64,000 bases of DNA from contig OX597823.1 of assembly GCA_951406725.2 (NCBI GenBank), forward strand, positions 116,994,001 to 117,058,000, in the 5' to 3' direction. The stretch is from Octopus vulgaris. Its lineage: Eukaryota. A program made the position numbers and the translations under genes. Below, piece by piece: positions 1-12,410 of the stretch (the first letter of the stretch is position 1; every line of letters begins with the position of its first letter). The notes below the pieces were generated by a model. It saw only the letters and a program-made list of their open reading frames with translations. It made no database searches and was not told the DNA's origin.

Positions 1-119
1 GAAACAGCTAATAAAGACAGCACCATAACAAAATAGTATTTGGAAATCAGCAGACAAAAATGAGAAATGTACCCAAGATTAAACTTGATGAGATAAAACC
101 CAGCTTGAAATAAGAATTC

Positions 120-275
120 TTTTTATTATAGGTACAAGGGCTGAAATTTTTGTGGGGAGAGGGCTGTTCGATTACATCGACCCCCAGTGCTTAAGTGGTA
201 CTTTTTTTATCAACCCTGGAAGGATGGAAAGCAAAGTTAACTTCAGCAGAATTTGAATTCAGAATGTGGAGAGTC
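120..275 (-). mobile_element. Nin/Deu-domain SINE fragment
   Basis: Reverse complement of the 'ttctgagttcaaattc..gactttgcctttcatcc..gtcgataaa..gtaccag' core seen in many copies (e.g. 37984-38198). Confidence 0.75.
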
Positions 276-535
276 AGATAAACCCATTCACCAGAAAGAA
301 AGTAGAATATTGGTAATTGTAAAATTCTTGCCGTGTGAAATCATGACTTCTGCTTTACTAATGGCACTTGTAGTGTTTTAAAGAAATATCTGAAGACCAC
401 AACCCAATTGTTCCTGTGGAATATACATTCATGTTAAACGTATCAAATTTGCTTTTTCATATAAAAAAACTTGTCTTGTTAATGTAAGACACTGTTATTT
501 AGCTACATTTTCTTCATCAATGTCGTTCTACAGCA

Positions 536-734
536 ACACATAAGTATACATACACACAAACATACAACATACACACACGTATATATATATATATAATGTG
601 TGTATGCATATATATATATATGTTTATGTATGTATATATATATATACATATATATATATATGTGTGTGTGTGTATATACATATATATATATGTATGTATA
701 TACATATATATATATGCATATATATGTATGTGTG

Positions 735-779
<45 letters not shown>

Positions 780-801
780 GTACACACGCACACACACACA
801 A
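536..801. repeat. Compound (TA)/(TG)/(CA) microsatellite
   Basis: Directly visible; explains the YI/CV/HT-rich ORFs. Confidence 0.95.
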
Positions 802-1599
802 TAAGAGCAGATAAAAGGAATAAATAGTTATTATGATGAGACAGATTAAGTAAAAACTAGTTTCTCTATTAATAATGGTAGTGTTGGGAATTAATATTGA
901 TAAGTGTGTTGTAACAATAATCTAGAAACCACAGAAGAAGAACAAGATTGAATTTATTTAATGTAAAAACATTGTATAACATAATAAATGTAACACTATC
1001 TAAGATTAAAAAAAAAAAGAAGAAGAAAAACTTTAATGAGGCATTTACATCAGACATTGATTTCAAAATATTAATACTTCATTGACTCTCGTCATCATAG
1101 TAGTAACCATCACTGCTACTATTTAGTTTTATGTGAGTTTCTACAGCCCCACCACCACCATCACCACCACCACCACCATCACCACCACATGTGTTTCTTT
1201 TCTCCAGAGGTGTGTGCAGCATTGTCTTTCATGGATGGACAACTGTTATGTTGACTGTATCATTTTTGCTTTAGTGTGTGGGCTTTGTTTTGTTGTTTCT
1301 TGTGCTATCTCAACGTGTCTTGTGTTCAGTAGAATCCAATAATAATAAAACTGCTAATGTGTTGATGTGTATATATGTAACTGAAACTTCCGTGTCTATC
1401 ACAGACTATCATGATTCTTAACTAAAGCTCACGCCATCTCTCAAGGTGACCGTTGAGCTAAACTAATCTGTTCGTTGGGTTGCCTCCTCTGGAGGCATCA
1501 AATAGAAACTTGAAGACAAAGGAAAAGAGAGGAAGAAGAAAAGAAAGAGGAAAAGGAAAAAGGGGGGTAAGAGAATTGTTTATTGACAGACAGTTTTGT

Positions 1600-1902
1600 T
1601 GAACAGTGTACTTGTTTGTTCCTTCTCGAGCCATGCCTGGGTCATAAGGGCCAGTTTCCCAGTTTCTTTGGTGTATAGGTTCCCCGCCTAGATGGGACGC
1701 CGGTCTGTCACAGGTGAGTTGCAAGATGGAGAAGGAAAGAATGAGAGAAGGTTGTGGCGAAAGAGTCAGCAGAAGTTTGCCATTCGCTTCTGCCAGAGCT
1801 GCGTGGAGCTTAGGTGTTTCACTCTTAAACACACACATCGCTTGGTCTGAGATTTGAACCCGCGATCCCACTACTCTAACCACTAGGCCATGTACCTCCA
1901 CA
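1600..1902 (-). mobile_element. tRNA-derived SINE ('ggaggc..tggcctagtggttag' head)
   Basis: Minus strand starts with a tRNA-like A/B box head; body resembles 50580-50778. Confidence 0.7.
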
Positions 1903-1984
1903 ACAGTGTACTTGGCTTATAGTCACTCAATCTGCTGAAAATACCAGTCAAATCACTCCTTATTTCCCACTTCTTATATGTATA

Positions 1985-2330
1985 ATCCATCCATCTTCTC
2001 CACCCACTCTTCCTTGGAGAATCATTGGGATGGAATCCTCAGATACCTCTTCCACAGGATCCTATCAGAAGCAACTTTCTGGTTGGATCCCCAAGCATAA
2101 CTATCTCTGAGACTGCAGCTATTATCCAACCACCCTATTCTTGCTTTGCCCCTAGGTCTCCTGCTTGTTGGATCAGTTTGAAGAATCCATCTTGCAATTA
2201 TTTCCTAAAACAATCCCATCAAATGTCCATAATTGTGGAGACATAACTGCTTGAGCAGGAGGGACTCCTTGATCTCTGAGCATCACATCCAGTCAAATAA
2301 CATTACTCTGGAGATCCTCCAAAGGAACCA
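1985..2330 (-). mobile_element. Decayed RTE-clade LINE derivative
   Basis: 1985-2065 is the reverse complement of the 3' end seen at 63375-63450; minus strand encodes an IAAVSE motif resembling an APE endonuclease. Confidence 0.45.
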
Positions 2331-2544
2331 CGTTTTGGTTACTTGTATTCACAATGTTGAATAATGACCAAAAGAGTATGAAATAATGAGTTATATTATT
2401 TTGTTGGATGATGTTTTTTTGAGTTTGTTGTGTTTTATGAGCCTCGGTGGTGTTGTCTGGTGATTCTGGAGATTATGGGCTGTATGAGTTTTGGTATATT
2501 AATGGGTGAATAGCAATTTTGTAGAAGGTGAGTTGTTGACATTG

Positions 2545-2720
2545 GATTGGATTGGATTGCCTGTGTTCAGTCCACTGCAAGATGAAGGCCTCAGCATGTT
2601 CTGGCCACCAAACATGGTCTGATGTGGAGGCCATGAATTTGAGCTTGAAATCACCCTGGTTTGATGAGCCTATTCTGCCACACTGGCTCAACATGGCTTC
2701 GCAGAGGGATGCAGTTTTTA
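2545..2720 (-). mobile_element. RTE LINE 3' end fragment
   Basis: Minus strand encodes '..EAFILQWT', resembling RTE ORF C-termini. Confidence 0.45.
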
Positions 2721-2749
2721 CACTCTTACTCAAGAGTAAGCTAGGTCAT

Positions 2750-2900
2750 TTATATCGACCCCAGTGCTCAACTGGTACTTGTTTTATTGACCCCAAAAGG
2801 ATAAGTTGTCTCAGTGAAATTTGAACTCAGAACGTAAAGATGGATGAAATACCACTAAGCATTTCACCCAACACACCAATGATTCTGCCAGCTTGCCTTG
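2750..2900 (-). mobile_element. Nin/Deu-domain SINE
   Basis: Matches the family core. Confidence 0.7.
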
Positions 2901-3039
2901 GCATTATAGTGATAAATATGGATTTTATAAGGATATGTGTTATTTTATTGGGTGGCAATAGTATAGGGTATCTGTTGTGTTATTTTATTGAGCAGCTTGT
3001 TCAGAAAGTGTATTGTTTCAGATGTGCTATTAAGCTGAA

Positions 3040-3870
3040 AGTGTCTCATGTGTGATGTAGGCTGTACATAACTGCACTAGTTTTGTGCCTGTAAAATGTT
3101 GATTCCTACCCTGGTATGCTTGTTTTCATTCATATTTCTTTAATCACACCCACTGCTTCAGCTGGTTATCAATGACACTATTTTTACTTCACATTGCATT
3201 CACATCCAACTAATTTCAATCTCAAGATTCTTATACTTTTCGTTGCTTTCTATCAAGTGATATTTTGAAAGGATTGAGATGTTTTCCTTTAGCCATTAAG
3301 TCCCTGATAATAATGTCTGGCCAGTTTTCCTTGATCCTGTCAGTTTGGACAGATATGTCCAGCATGACAGTGAACAAACTCATGTCATTCATATAGAGGA
3401 GATGGTTTACAGTTTCTCAATAACATCTAATAACCAACCAATAGTGATTTTGTTCCGCAGATTCACTAATAGAGTCAGAGTTAGGCGAAAGTGTTGGTTG
3501 GGGAATAATGTGTCTCACTGAAAGATTCTTCTTCATAAGGTTGTAGATCCAGTTTTGATTATCTTCAGTAATGATATTATTGTTTCCCACTTTGACATAG
3601 CGTGGTTGATATATTTTGTTATTATTGGAACTATTTTATCGTGCATTGTGTTTCCATTATCTATGAATATGGTTTATTGTCAGATACCTTCTGTAATCAA
3701 CACAGGTCATGTTAAGGTTTTTCCTTCTTCATTTTGCTGTCTTCTATAATAGCTCAATTCACCAGTAGCTGCTCTTCAAAGCTATGCATTCCTTTCTGGT
3801 CCTCTGGTAATATATTATTGCTCTCTTGGTGAGTAACCATCCTATTATAAAATATGGATAAAATATGGCT
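3040..3870 (-). pseudogene. Decayed R4/Dong-type non-LTR retrotransposon (RT plus restriction-like endonuclease)
   Basis: Minus-strand peptides LPEDQKG..EQLLVN, IITKYINHAMSKWET, DISVQTDRIKENWPDIIIRD and KYKNLEIEISWM match R4-clade RT and RLE motifs (RPD..D, KY..L); stops and frameshifts present. Confidence 0.75.
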
Positions 3871-4184
3871 AGCAAGATATAACTTAATAGTCTTTTGTAT
3901 GTGTTTGTGTGTGCACGCACATGTCTGCATGTGTGTATACATACATGGGGGGAGAGTAGGTGTCTCAGCTATTTTTGCTGTTTTATTTCTTGTATCAGAT
4001 CAGGAATTGTTTCTGCTATTTTATCAAATGCTGCCACTATATACCTGGGGGTACTGGTCAGCTTTTGTCAAGAATTGTGACCTTTGTAAACCTTAGAACA
4101 TTTCTAATTGCTTGCAGTCTTAGATTTGTTGGTAAGATCTTTTTTTTTTGGCACAAATATTACAGCATATAGAAAAAAAATCTT

Positions 4185-4575
4185 TACAGTTTTTCTTCTA
4201 GTTCTTTACATTCTGAGTTCAAGTCGCACTAAAATCTACTTTTCTGTTTATCTCTCCACTGTCAATAAAATGAAGTACAAGTCAAGTGCAGGGTTTGATG
4301 ACATCAACTAAACCCTCCCCTCAGAATTGTAGGTCTTGTGTCAAAATTTGAAACCAAAGGTGGTGAGCTGGCAGAATTGTTATGGAGCTAGACAATTCCT
4401 TAGTGGCATGTTTTCAAGCTCCTTATATTCTGAGTGCAAATACCACTGAGGTCAACTTTCATTTTTATCATTTAGTGGTTGATAAAATAAGCACCAATTG
4501 AGCAGTTGGAGAGATGTAATCAATTTCCTCCCCACCTTAAAATTGCTGGCCTTGTGCCAAAATTAAAAAGAATTC
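4185..4575 (+). mobile_element. Two tandem Nin/Deu-domain SINE copies
   Basis: Two diverged family cores; the second starts 'ggtggtgagctggcagaat' at ~4359. Confidence 0.7.
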
Positions 4576-4597
4576 TTTTTATTATTATTATTATTAT

Positions 4598-5130
4598 TGA
4601 GTGAGAGAGCAGTTGCACGTCATGAAAGTGACACTAGGGTTAAATATATGAAGCCCAGTATACCCATCATGACTACCCGTCTGATAAGGGTACACCAGGC
4701 ACATGCATCACAACCATGTGTGCGCGACATGGTGATCTCATATCAAGATAAACAGTTCATGACCTTGCAGGTGGGGACCAGTTAAAATTTTCTTGAGGTT
4801 GAGCAGCCCATCCTGCTCAATAGGTCCCTGAAATAAGGTTTCTTTTTTTAAGGATGATGAACGAAATACCTATGGTTTTAGAGATAACTTATTCAAACCT
4901 CAAATTTTTGTTTCTCAACATGCTTTCCAACTACTCCTGCTATTGATCAGAGATACACATATCGTCAGCCACTAAGGGAGATGCTCAACTGGTTATGGTC
5001 AAGCAACTGACAAGCAAATCTGTGGTATTGAGCAGAATATTTGCTGTAGCTCATCTTTTTTACCAAGGCACTTCCAATCAGCTACGATCAGAAGCCATGA
5101 GTACCACTACCTAGAACTGCCTCAGAGCAT
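4598..5130 (-). mobile_element. ~530-bp interspersed repeat ending in (TAA)n (family E)
   Basis: Homologous to 22905-23420 (same orientation) and to 33730-33870 and 34400-34940 (opposite orientation); abuts an (ATT)n tract. Confidence 0.75.
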
Positions 5131-5630
5131 TGGCAGAATCATTAGTATGACAGGTGAAATGCTTACCAGTACTTCATCTGTCTCTACATTATGAGTTCAA
5201 ATTCTGCCGAGGTCGACTTTGTCTTTCATCTTTGTTGGGTCAATAAATTAAGTACCAGTTGAGTACCAGGGTCGATGTGATTGACTGTCCCCACTCCCCA
5301 GAAAATACAGGCCTTGTGCCTGTAATAGAATGGACTCTTCTTCTTCTTCTCCTCCTCCTCCTCTTCTTCTTCTTCTTCTTCTTCTCATTATTATTATTAT
5401 TTTTATTATTATTATTTAACATGCCAGAATCTTTAACATGCCAGGTAAAATGCTTAGCAATATTTTTGCCTGTCTTTACATTCTGAGTTCAAATTCTGTC
5501 AAGGTCGACTTTGTCTTTTATACTTTCAATGGCGATAAACTAAGTACCAGTCAAGTATTGGGGTTGATGTGATCTACTAACCCCTTCCCCACAAATTTCG
5601 AACCTTGTGCCTATTTTAGAAAGGATTCTT
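5131..5630 (+). mobile_element. Two Nin/Deu SINE copies separated by a (CTT)(CCT)(ATT) microsatellite
   Basis: Family core occurs twice. Confidence 0.75.
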
Positions 5631-6107
5631 CTTCTTCTTCTTATTATTATTATTGCTGCTGTTGCTGATGTTGTTGTTAACTTGTCATTTTTGCTTTTTT
5701 GCTAGTAATAGTGGTAATATTGAGGAAGAGACATAAAATGGTTTGGAATATGATGATGTAAGTACATGTATGTTTATGCATGGAACTGAGAACTTGATAA
5801 CTTATGCTACCAAACAAATATTGTTACATAAGCACATATGCATATACACTTTATATATATATATATATATGTATGTATATCTCATCTCAAGCCCATCTCA
5901 TCTTGTTGTTTTAGTCCCATTCCTGGCAAGTTTCTTGCCAGTGAATCCAGATTGGAAACAATATTATCAATAATGGCCAAAACTGAGTTTGACACTCTGG
6001 CCGATAACTGATGAGGAGTTGGTGACCTTCTGTTTTCTGTTCATCTGTGTATTTAGTATATATTCATATGCTTATTTACTATGCATTTTTTTATTATATA
6101 CACACAT

Positions 6108-6178
<71 letters not shown>

Positions 6179-6434
6179 CATACACACAGGTATGTCACAT
6201 TTTCAGTTTGTTGTCTTTTTATTTCATCCTGAATATGTGTGTGTGTGTATAGACAAAAACAGGTGTAGGAACAACAAGCAGGTATATTAGTTTAACTCTC
6301 AGAAAGAATGGAAAAGTCTTTTACGTTTTGCACCTACACTGTTTGAAAGAAAGGAGAGAGAATGAAATAGAATAGAGAGAGAAAAAAAAATGTGTGTGTG
6401 TATATATGTATATATATATTTATTTTATAGAAGG

Positions 6435-6485
6435 AGCTTCTACAGGACTAGAACTGTTTCATTCAAATGAAATCATCAGGAAGCT
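6435..6485 (-). ncRNA. Type I hammerhead ribozyme
   Basis: AGCTTC-CTGATGA-t ttc attt gaa t-GAAA-CAG ttctagtc CTG-TA-GAAGCT; stems I and III pair fully. Confidence 0.75.
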
Positions 6486-6676
6486 TGCTGTCAAAATAAG
6501 TTTTGGCATTTATACATTTAGGCAGGTTTAATGGGGTGGTGGTGGGGGACATTTTTGGGGTAAGCAGGGCACAAACTGTCTTTCTTAGGGGAGTGGTCAA
6601 AAGGATCAGTGATAAAGTAAATAAATGAATAAATAGAATAATAGAATAGAGTTTTAGGTAAATAAGAAGACTATCG

Positions 6677-6722
<46 letters not shown>

Positions 6723-7319
6723 CATATATATATATATACACACATGTGCATGTATGTATATATGTGTGTAGGTATGTATATGTAGGTATGCTTTTATGCA
6801 CACGTGTATGCATGCATGTGTGCATGTATGTATTTATAAGCGTATGAGTGCGTATATATGCGTATGTATGTTTATATGCACGTATGTCAGTATATAGGCA
6901 TATGCGTTTATATATGCGGGCAGACATTTATGTGTGTTTATGTGTACTGAAGTACGTTTATATATGTGGTTTTGTGTGTACATAGTTATGTATACGTTTA
7001 TGTGAAAGTGGGTACATTTATGTATGTATGCATATGTGTACCTGTGTGTGTATATGTATGTGTATACATATATGCACACATGCACGCATACCCGTGTACA
7101 TAAAAGCATACCTACATATACATACCTACACACATATATACATACATGCACGTACGTACACATACGTACACGTAGAGAGAGAGATACATACATAAGTATG
7201 AGTGGATGAGAAGGAAATGAGTGAGAGAACATGCGTGTTTGTGTATGTGTATGAGTGTGCGTGTGAGTGTTGGCATCCGTGGGTCAAGAGATAGAAAGGA
7301 AGGGAGAGGGGAGCGGTAG

Positions 7320-7455
7320 ATGGATTTCATTTAGACCTGCTGGAACCCTGGGGAGTTCTAAGAACTTTTAGCGTTTGTCTAATCTAGCGCCACTGAATGT
7401 GTGTGGGTGGGTAGATAGGTCATACATTATACCTTTTATGATTCTGAAGCCGGTC
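7320..7455 (-). pseudogene. Decayed Penelope GIY-YIG endonuclease C-terminus
   Basis: FSGARLDKR*KFLELPRVPAGLNEI resembles the PLE 'R..E..(W/L)I..L.T..P.GLN' motif. Confidence 0.55.
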
Positions 7456-7499
7456 AAAATAAAAATAAAAATAAAAATAAAATAAGGGAGGAAGATGAG

Positions 7500-7550
7500 G
7501 AGAGAAAAAATATATATATGTGTGTATATATATATGTGTATATATGTATG

Positions 7551-7581
<31 letters not shown>

Positions 7582-7897
7582 ATATATATATATATGTATA
7601 TATGTGTGTGTTTGTATGTATGTGTATATGTATGTGTGTGTATATATGTATATATATATATATGTGTGTGTATATATATGTGTGTATATATGTATATAAT
7701 GTGTATGTATGTGTATGTATATATACATATATATATATGTGTGTGTGTGTATGTATGTGTATATTTATTTATATATGTGTGCGTGTGTTTGCGTGTTGGC
7801 ATGTATGTGTATGTGTATTTGTATATATGTGTGTATGTATATATATGTGTGTGTGTGTATGTATGTGTATGTGTGTGTATGTATGTGTATGTATATG

Positions 7898-7941
<44 letters not shown>
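7500..7941. repeat. (TA)/(TG) microsatellite field
   Basis: Directly visible. Confidence 0.95.
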
Positions 7942-7945
<4 letters not shown>

Positions 7946-8136
7946 TGATAGTCTTCTTATTTACCTAAAACTCTATTCTATTATTCTATTTATTCATTTA
8001 TTTACTTTATCACTGATTCTTTTGACCACTCCCCTAAGAAAGACAGTTTGTGCCCTGCTTACCCAAAAAATGTCCCCCACCACCACCCCATTAAACCTGC
8101 CTAAATGTATAAATGCCAAAACTATTCTTGACACCA

Positions 8137-8187
8137 AGCTTCCTGATGATTTCTCTTGAATGAAACAGTTCTAGTCCTGTAGAAGCT
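8137..8187 (+). ncRNA. Type I hammerhead ribozyme
   Basis: Stem I AGCTTC/GAAGCT; CTGATGA 8143-8149; stem II ttc/gaa (T-T mismatch at its base); GAAA 8162-8165; stem III CAG/CTG; predicted GUA cleavage after 8181. Confidence 0.78.
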
Positions 8188-8269
8188 CCTTCTATAAAAT
8201 AAATTAATTTACTCTGCTATGTATTGAGTACCTTATTTACTGTGGTTAACCCCGACTCAACCCGGGACC

Positions 8270-8309
<40 letters not shown>

Positions 8310-8508
8310 GTATATGTATATGTATATATATATATATGTGAGAAAGAGTAGATTCTTATGTGTGGCATCATATATACTCTAAATAACAATTATTATATAT
8401 ATTATAAATTTGTTAATGTATATGTGTGCATAAGTGTGTGTGTGTGTGTGCATACACGGGCACTCACATGTGTTTGTGTATATAATTATAAGTTACATAG
8501 ACTTGCTC

Positions 8509-8553
<45 letters not shown>

Positions 8554-9219
8554 TGCGCACTCACATAAAACACACACACATGCACTCACATCATAATTAC
8601 ATTCCACATTTATGAAGCACTTTCTATAAGAAAATAATTTTTTTTGAAATTTTAATTTTATGAAGATGAAATGTCGAGATATCTCAGTTAATGGTTCCTC
8701 ATCACCTCTCTTACCATAATTACAATGTCTGTGGAATCAATATCGCAGATACAAAATTACATATTTTCGAGTTTTTACTGCTACTTCGAAAGTCATTCAC
8801 TCTGACTAACTGGGTTTTATGAATAGTGTCCACTGAAAACACAAGCCCATAGCTTTTTTAATGACTATAATCTGATTGTGAAAGATGTAACAGCAATTCT
8901 GTTGCCAATAGATTTCTTGAAAACGTTAGTTTTATTAAATTCTTACTGAGTTTGAGAAAGAAATTTTGTGAAAGATATGTAAACATATATACATATGGTT
9001 TTATATATATATATATATAAGTTCAGCAAAATTTAGATTCAGAAGAATATGGCACTTAAGTCAAAGGCACCAGAATTTTGTATGGTATTATCCATATAAA
9101 TTAAATGGGGGGATTATAATCAAAATAAGCAAGAAGGATATCCAAGGTAGTGTAGTACAATTGCTTCATGCTACTTCATTTTATTAAGCACTGTAAGTAA
9201 AACTGATGTAATACTTACA

Positions 9220-9273
<54 letters not shown>

Positions 9274-9427
9274 TATATAAAGAGAGAGAGATGTGTGTGT
9301 ATATGGAGTGTATTTATGTTGTAAGCTATGTAGTTAGTAGCTGTTAATGTTTTAGTGTAACTCACCAGTGCAACCAATATGCATTCACAAAGTCTTGTAG
9401 AATGCGGCATGGTATGTGTGTGTATGT

Positions 9428-9473
<46 letters not shown>

Positions 9474-9554
9474 ACAGACTCTCACGCATGCATGTGTGTG
9501 AGTGAGGGTTTATGTGTAAAGGTGAAATGGTTTAGTTATATATATATGTATATA

Positions 9555-9885
9555 TATTATTAAAATTATAATTAAGGGTATCTAAACGATACCATCATGC
9601 TAGATATAGCAGTCAAAACCTGACTCTAAAACCACATCAAATATTCATACAGCACCAGGAGAGAAGGCATAGAGACAAAATAAACTAACAAAAAATAATT
9701 TTTTTGCCAGTCTATTTTGTGGCTTAGAGTCAAGTTTTGACTGCTATATCTAGCATGATGGTATTGTTTAGATACCCATAATTATAATTTTAGTAATAAT
9801 TATTACCGTTGAAGGTTTTTATTCCCATGCTAGCCACTTGATATGATCGATATTTTTATTAACGATCATATCCTTTTTTATATGA
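9555..9885. mobile_element. Asymmetric inverted-repeat element in (TA)n (arms 9555-9636 / 9718-9798, tail 9799-9885)
   Basis: Arms are reverse complements with few mismatches; TA tracts on both sides. Confidence 0.75.
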
Positions 9886-10150
9886 ATATATATATATATA
9901 TATATAGACATGGAAATATATACATATGTATACATATTTATATATGTGTGCATGACGGGTAAACACTCAGAAACTTGGATCTATGTGTATCACGTAAAGC
10001 TAGAGATGGAAGCGAGGACCTCCCTCAAAAATATTAATCGGACACAGACTGTGTCATTGGCCAGCTGGAGGAGATGTCTTCCTGGGACTGAAAACAACAG
10101 TAACGCCGTCCTCTATTGGACTGCAACACTTAGTTGGCAAATATATTTTA

Positions 10151-10199
<49 letters not shown>

Positions 10200-10267
10200 T
10201 ATACTTACATACATATACACACACACACACATATATGTGTATATATACATACATACATACATACATA

Positions 10268-10448
10268 GACGTAGGTGTGGCTGTATGGTAAGAAGCTTGC
10301 TTCTGAACCACATGGTTCCAGGTTCATTCACATTGCATGGCACCTTGGGCAAGCATCTTCTCTTATAACCTTGGAGTGACCCAACCCTTGTGAGTAGATT
10401 TGTTTGGTAGATGGAAGCTGAAAGAAGCCCATCATTTATATATATAGA

Positions 10449-10484
<36 letters not shown>

Positions 10485-10838
10485 TGTATGTGTGTGTGTA
10501 TGTATGTATGTATGTATGTATGTGTATGTGTGTGTGTATGTATGTATTTATGTATGTATGTATGTATGTATGTATGTGTGTATGTATGGATGTATGGATG
10601 TATGTATGTATGTATGTAATTATTTATTTATTTATTTATGCCTGTGTTTGTTTCCACTCCCACGTGACAACCAGTGTTGGTTTGTTTACATTCCCATAAC
10701 TTAGCAGTTCAGCAACAGAGGGTTGGACAGAATAAGTACCAGGCTACGGGCCATTTGTTTGACTAAAACCCTTCAAAGCGGTGCCCCAGCATGGCCACAG
10801 TCAAATGACTGAAACATGAAACAAGTAAAACAAGAAGA
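10268..10838 (+). mobile_element. tRNA-derived CORE-like SINE with expanded internal (TATG)n
   Basis: Homologous to 13058-13478. Confidence 0.8.
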
Positions 10839-10847
10839 GAATATGTG

Positions 10848-10886
<39 letters not shown>

Positions 10887-10945
10887 TATATATATATATA
10901 TATATACAGAAATACATACATACATATATATATATACAGAAACAC

Positions 10946-10994
<49 letters not shown>

Positions 10995-11209
10995 CATACA
11001 TATATATATATATACATACATACATACATACATACATACTTATATATATCTATCTCTATATATTTCTACCTGGATCAGTGCTTTATGAGTCAGGTGTTTC
11101 GATGAAACAGGAGTTGATTCTGTGTTTCATCCGTTTGTGCTTGACTAAAGCATTCGTAAGTCTTCATTGAATTCAGTGTATTTTGTTCCTCAGAAAGGTA
11201 TTATATTTA

Positions 11210-11432
11210 CAATAATCCCTCAACTATTGTGGGTGTTATGTTTGAAAATCTTCTGCGATAGGCGAAAATCCCTGAAATAGAAACAGTACAGTATTGTATA
11301 GTTTTTTTTATTACTTTTATAATTTGTTTATATTTATTTTATTATAAATGCAAAACAACACCACAGAGGAATCGGTGTAAGCTTAAGTAATAAGCCACAA
11401 TAGGTGAACTTTGATATGGCAAAGGATTCCTG
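11210..11432. mobile_element. Putative pogo/Tigger-like MITE
   Basis: Degenerate TIRs 'caataatccct' and 'aaggattcctg', preceded by TA. Confidence 0.45.
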
Positions 11433-12026
11433 TGTTACAAAATAATGGAGGGAAGAAATTCTATGCAATATAATGATATACAGACACGTCTAATGATGTT
11501 TAATAGTTCTCATACAGACTCCTCAACAAAATACATCATTACCACTATATTGATGAGAAAACATTTATGGCGTACAGCAAATGGTTTATGAGCAGTGTCG
11601 GTGTAAATTAATTCTGTTGTAGAAATTAGTGGAAACATACTTTTAAGTTTAGAAATTGATATTGCACATCATTAATTATCACTGATTCAACTTTTTATAG
11701 AAGATTAATATCTAACCAGCCATTAGGTACAGTTTTATCTGTTGCGTAGAAAATTAAAGTTTGTGTGTTCAAAGAATATTGTAAATTACATTGTCGTTGG
11801 AGTCATTAATCCAAAACAATAAGTTTAATCCAACTCCATAATTTAGCATTTTCTGTAAGGAAAGACACCCAACTGTTTAACAAGATATATGAAAATAAAT
11901 CTTGTTTAAATAAATTTTGTTTCATTTAAAATAAATATAAAGCATTTGAAGGGGATTTTTCTAGGAAATTGAGATATCAGCTAGAATAGATTTCAAAACA
12001 AAAATAATTTTAAAGCTCAACAATAA

Positions 12027-12410
12027 GATGCAGGAGTGGCTGTGTGGTAAGGAGTTCGCTTCCCAGCTACATGGTTCCAGGTTCAGTCCCATTGTGTGGC
12101 AATTGTCTTCTATAATAACCTCAAAGCCACCCAAAGCCTGGTAAATGGATTTGGGAGACAGAAACTGAAAGAAGTCTATCAAGTGCATGTGTGTGTATGA
12201 TTATCCCTCACCACTTCTTGACAAATGGTGTTGGTTTGTTTATGTTTCTGTAACTTAGAGGCTCAGCAAAACTGACTAATGGAATAGTGATTCAGGAAAA
12301 GAGATCAGGCTTTAAATAAAAGTGCTGGGGTTAATTCATTCGACTTGTACCCTTTCAAGGCAGTGCTCCAACATGGCTGCAGTCCAATGACTGAAACAAA
12401 TTGAAGACAA
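12027..12410 (+). mobile_element. tRNA-derived CORE-like SINE (diverged)
   Basis: Homologous to 13058-13478. Confidence 0.75.

Larger units (their letters stand above)
6418..8272. mobile_element. Penelope-like element remnant with inverted ~263-bp arms (6418-6680 / 7942-8204) and a one-sided tail (8205-8272), in (TA)n
   Basis: Arms are near-perfect reverse complements (near-identical peptide in ORFs 6463..6927- and 7518..8159+). Each arm carries a hammerhead fold. A GIY-YIG-like C-terminus lies at 7320-7455 on minus. Confidence 0.8.

Noticed and set aside
386-434. atat-CTGAAGA-ccaca..tgtg-GAAT..tc-atgt hammerhead-like string
   Set aside because: GAAT instead of GAAA, weak stems I and III and no TA or inverted-repeat context; could be chance.
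5880-6060. TA-flanked insert containing CTGATGA (6008-6014)
   Set aside because: No GAAA after the putative stem II and no convincing three-way junction.
9950-10150. TA-flanked insert with ctggagga...gaaa
   Set aside because: Core and stems do not fit; probably a repeat remnant but cannot be classified.
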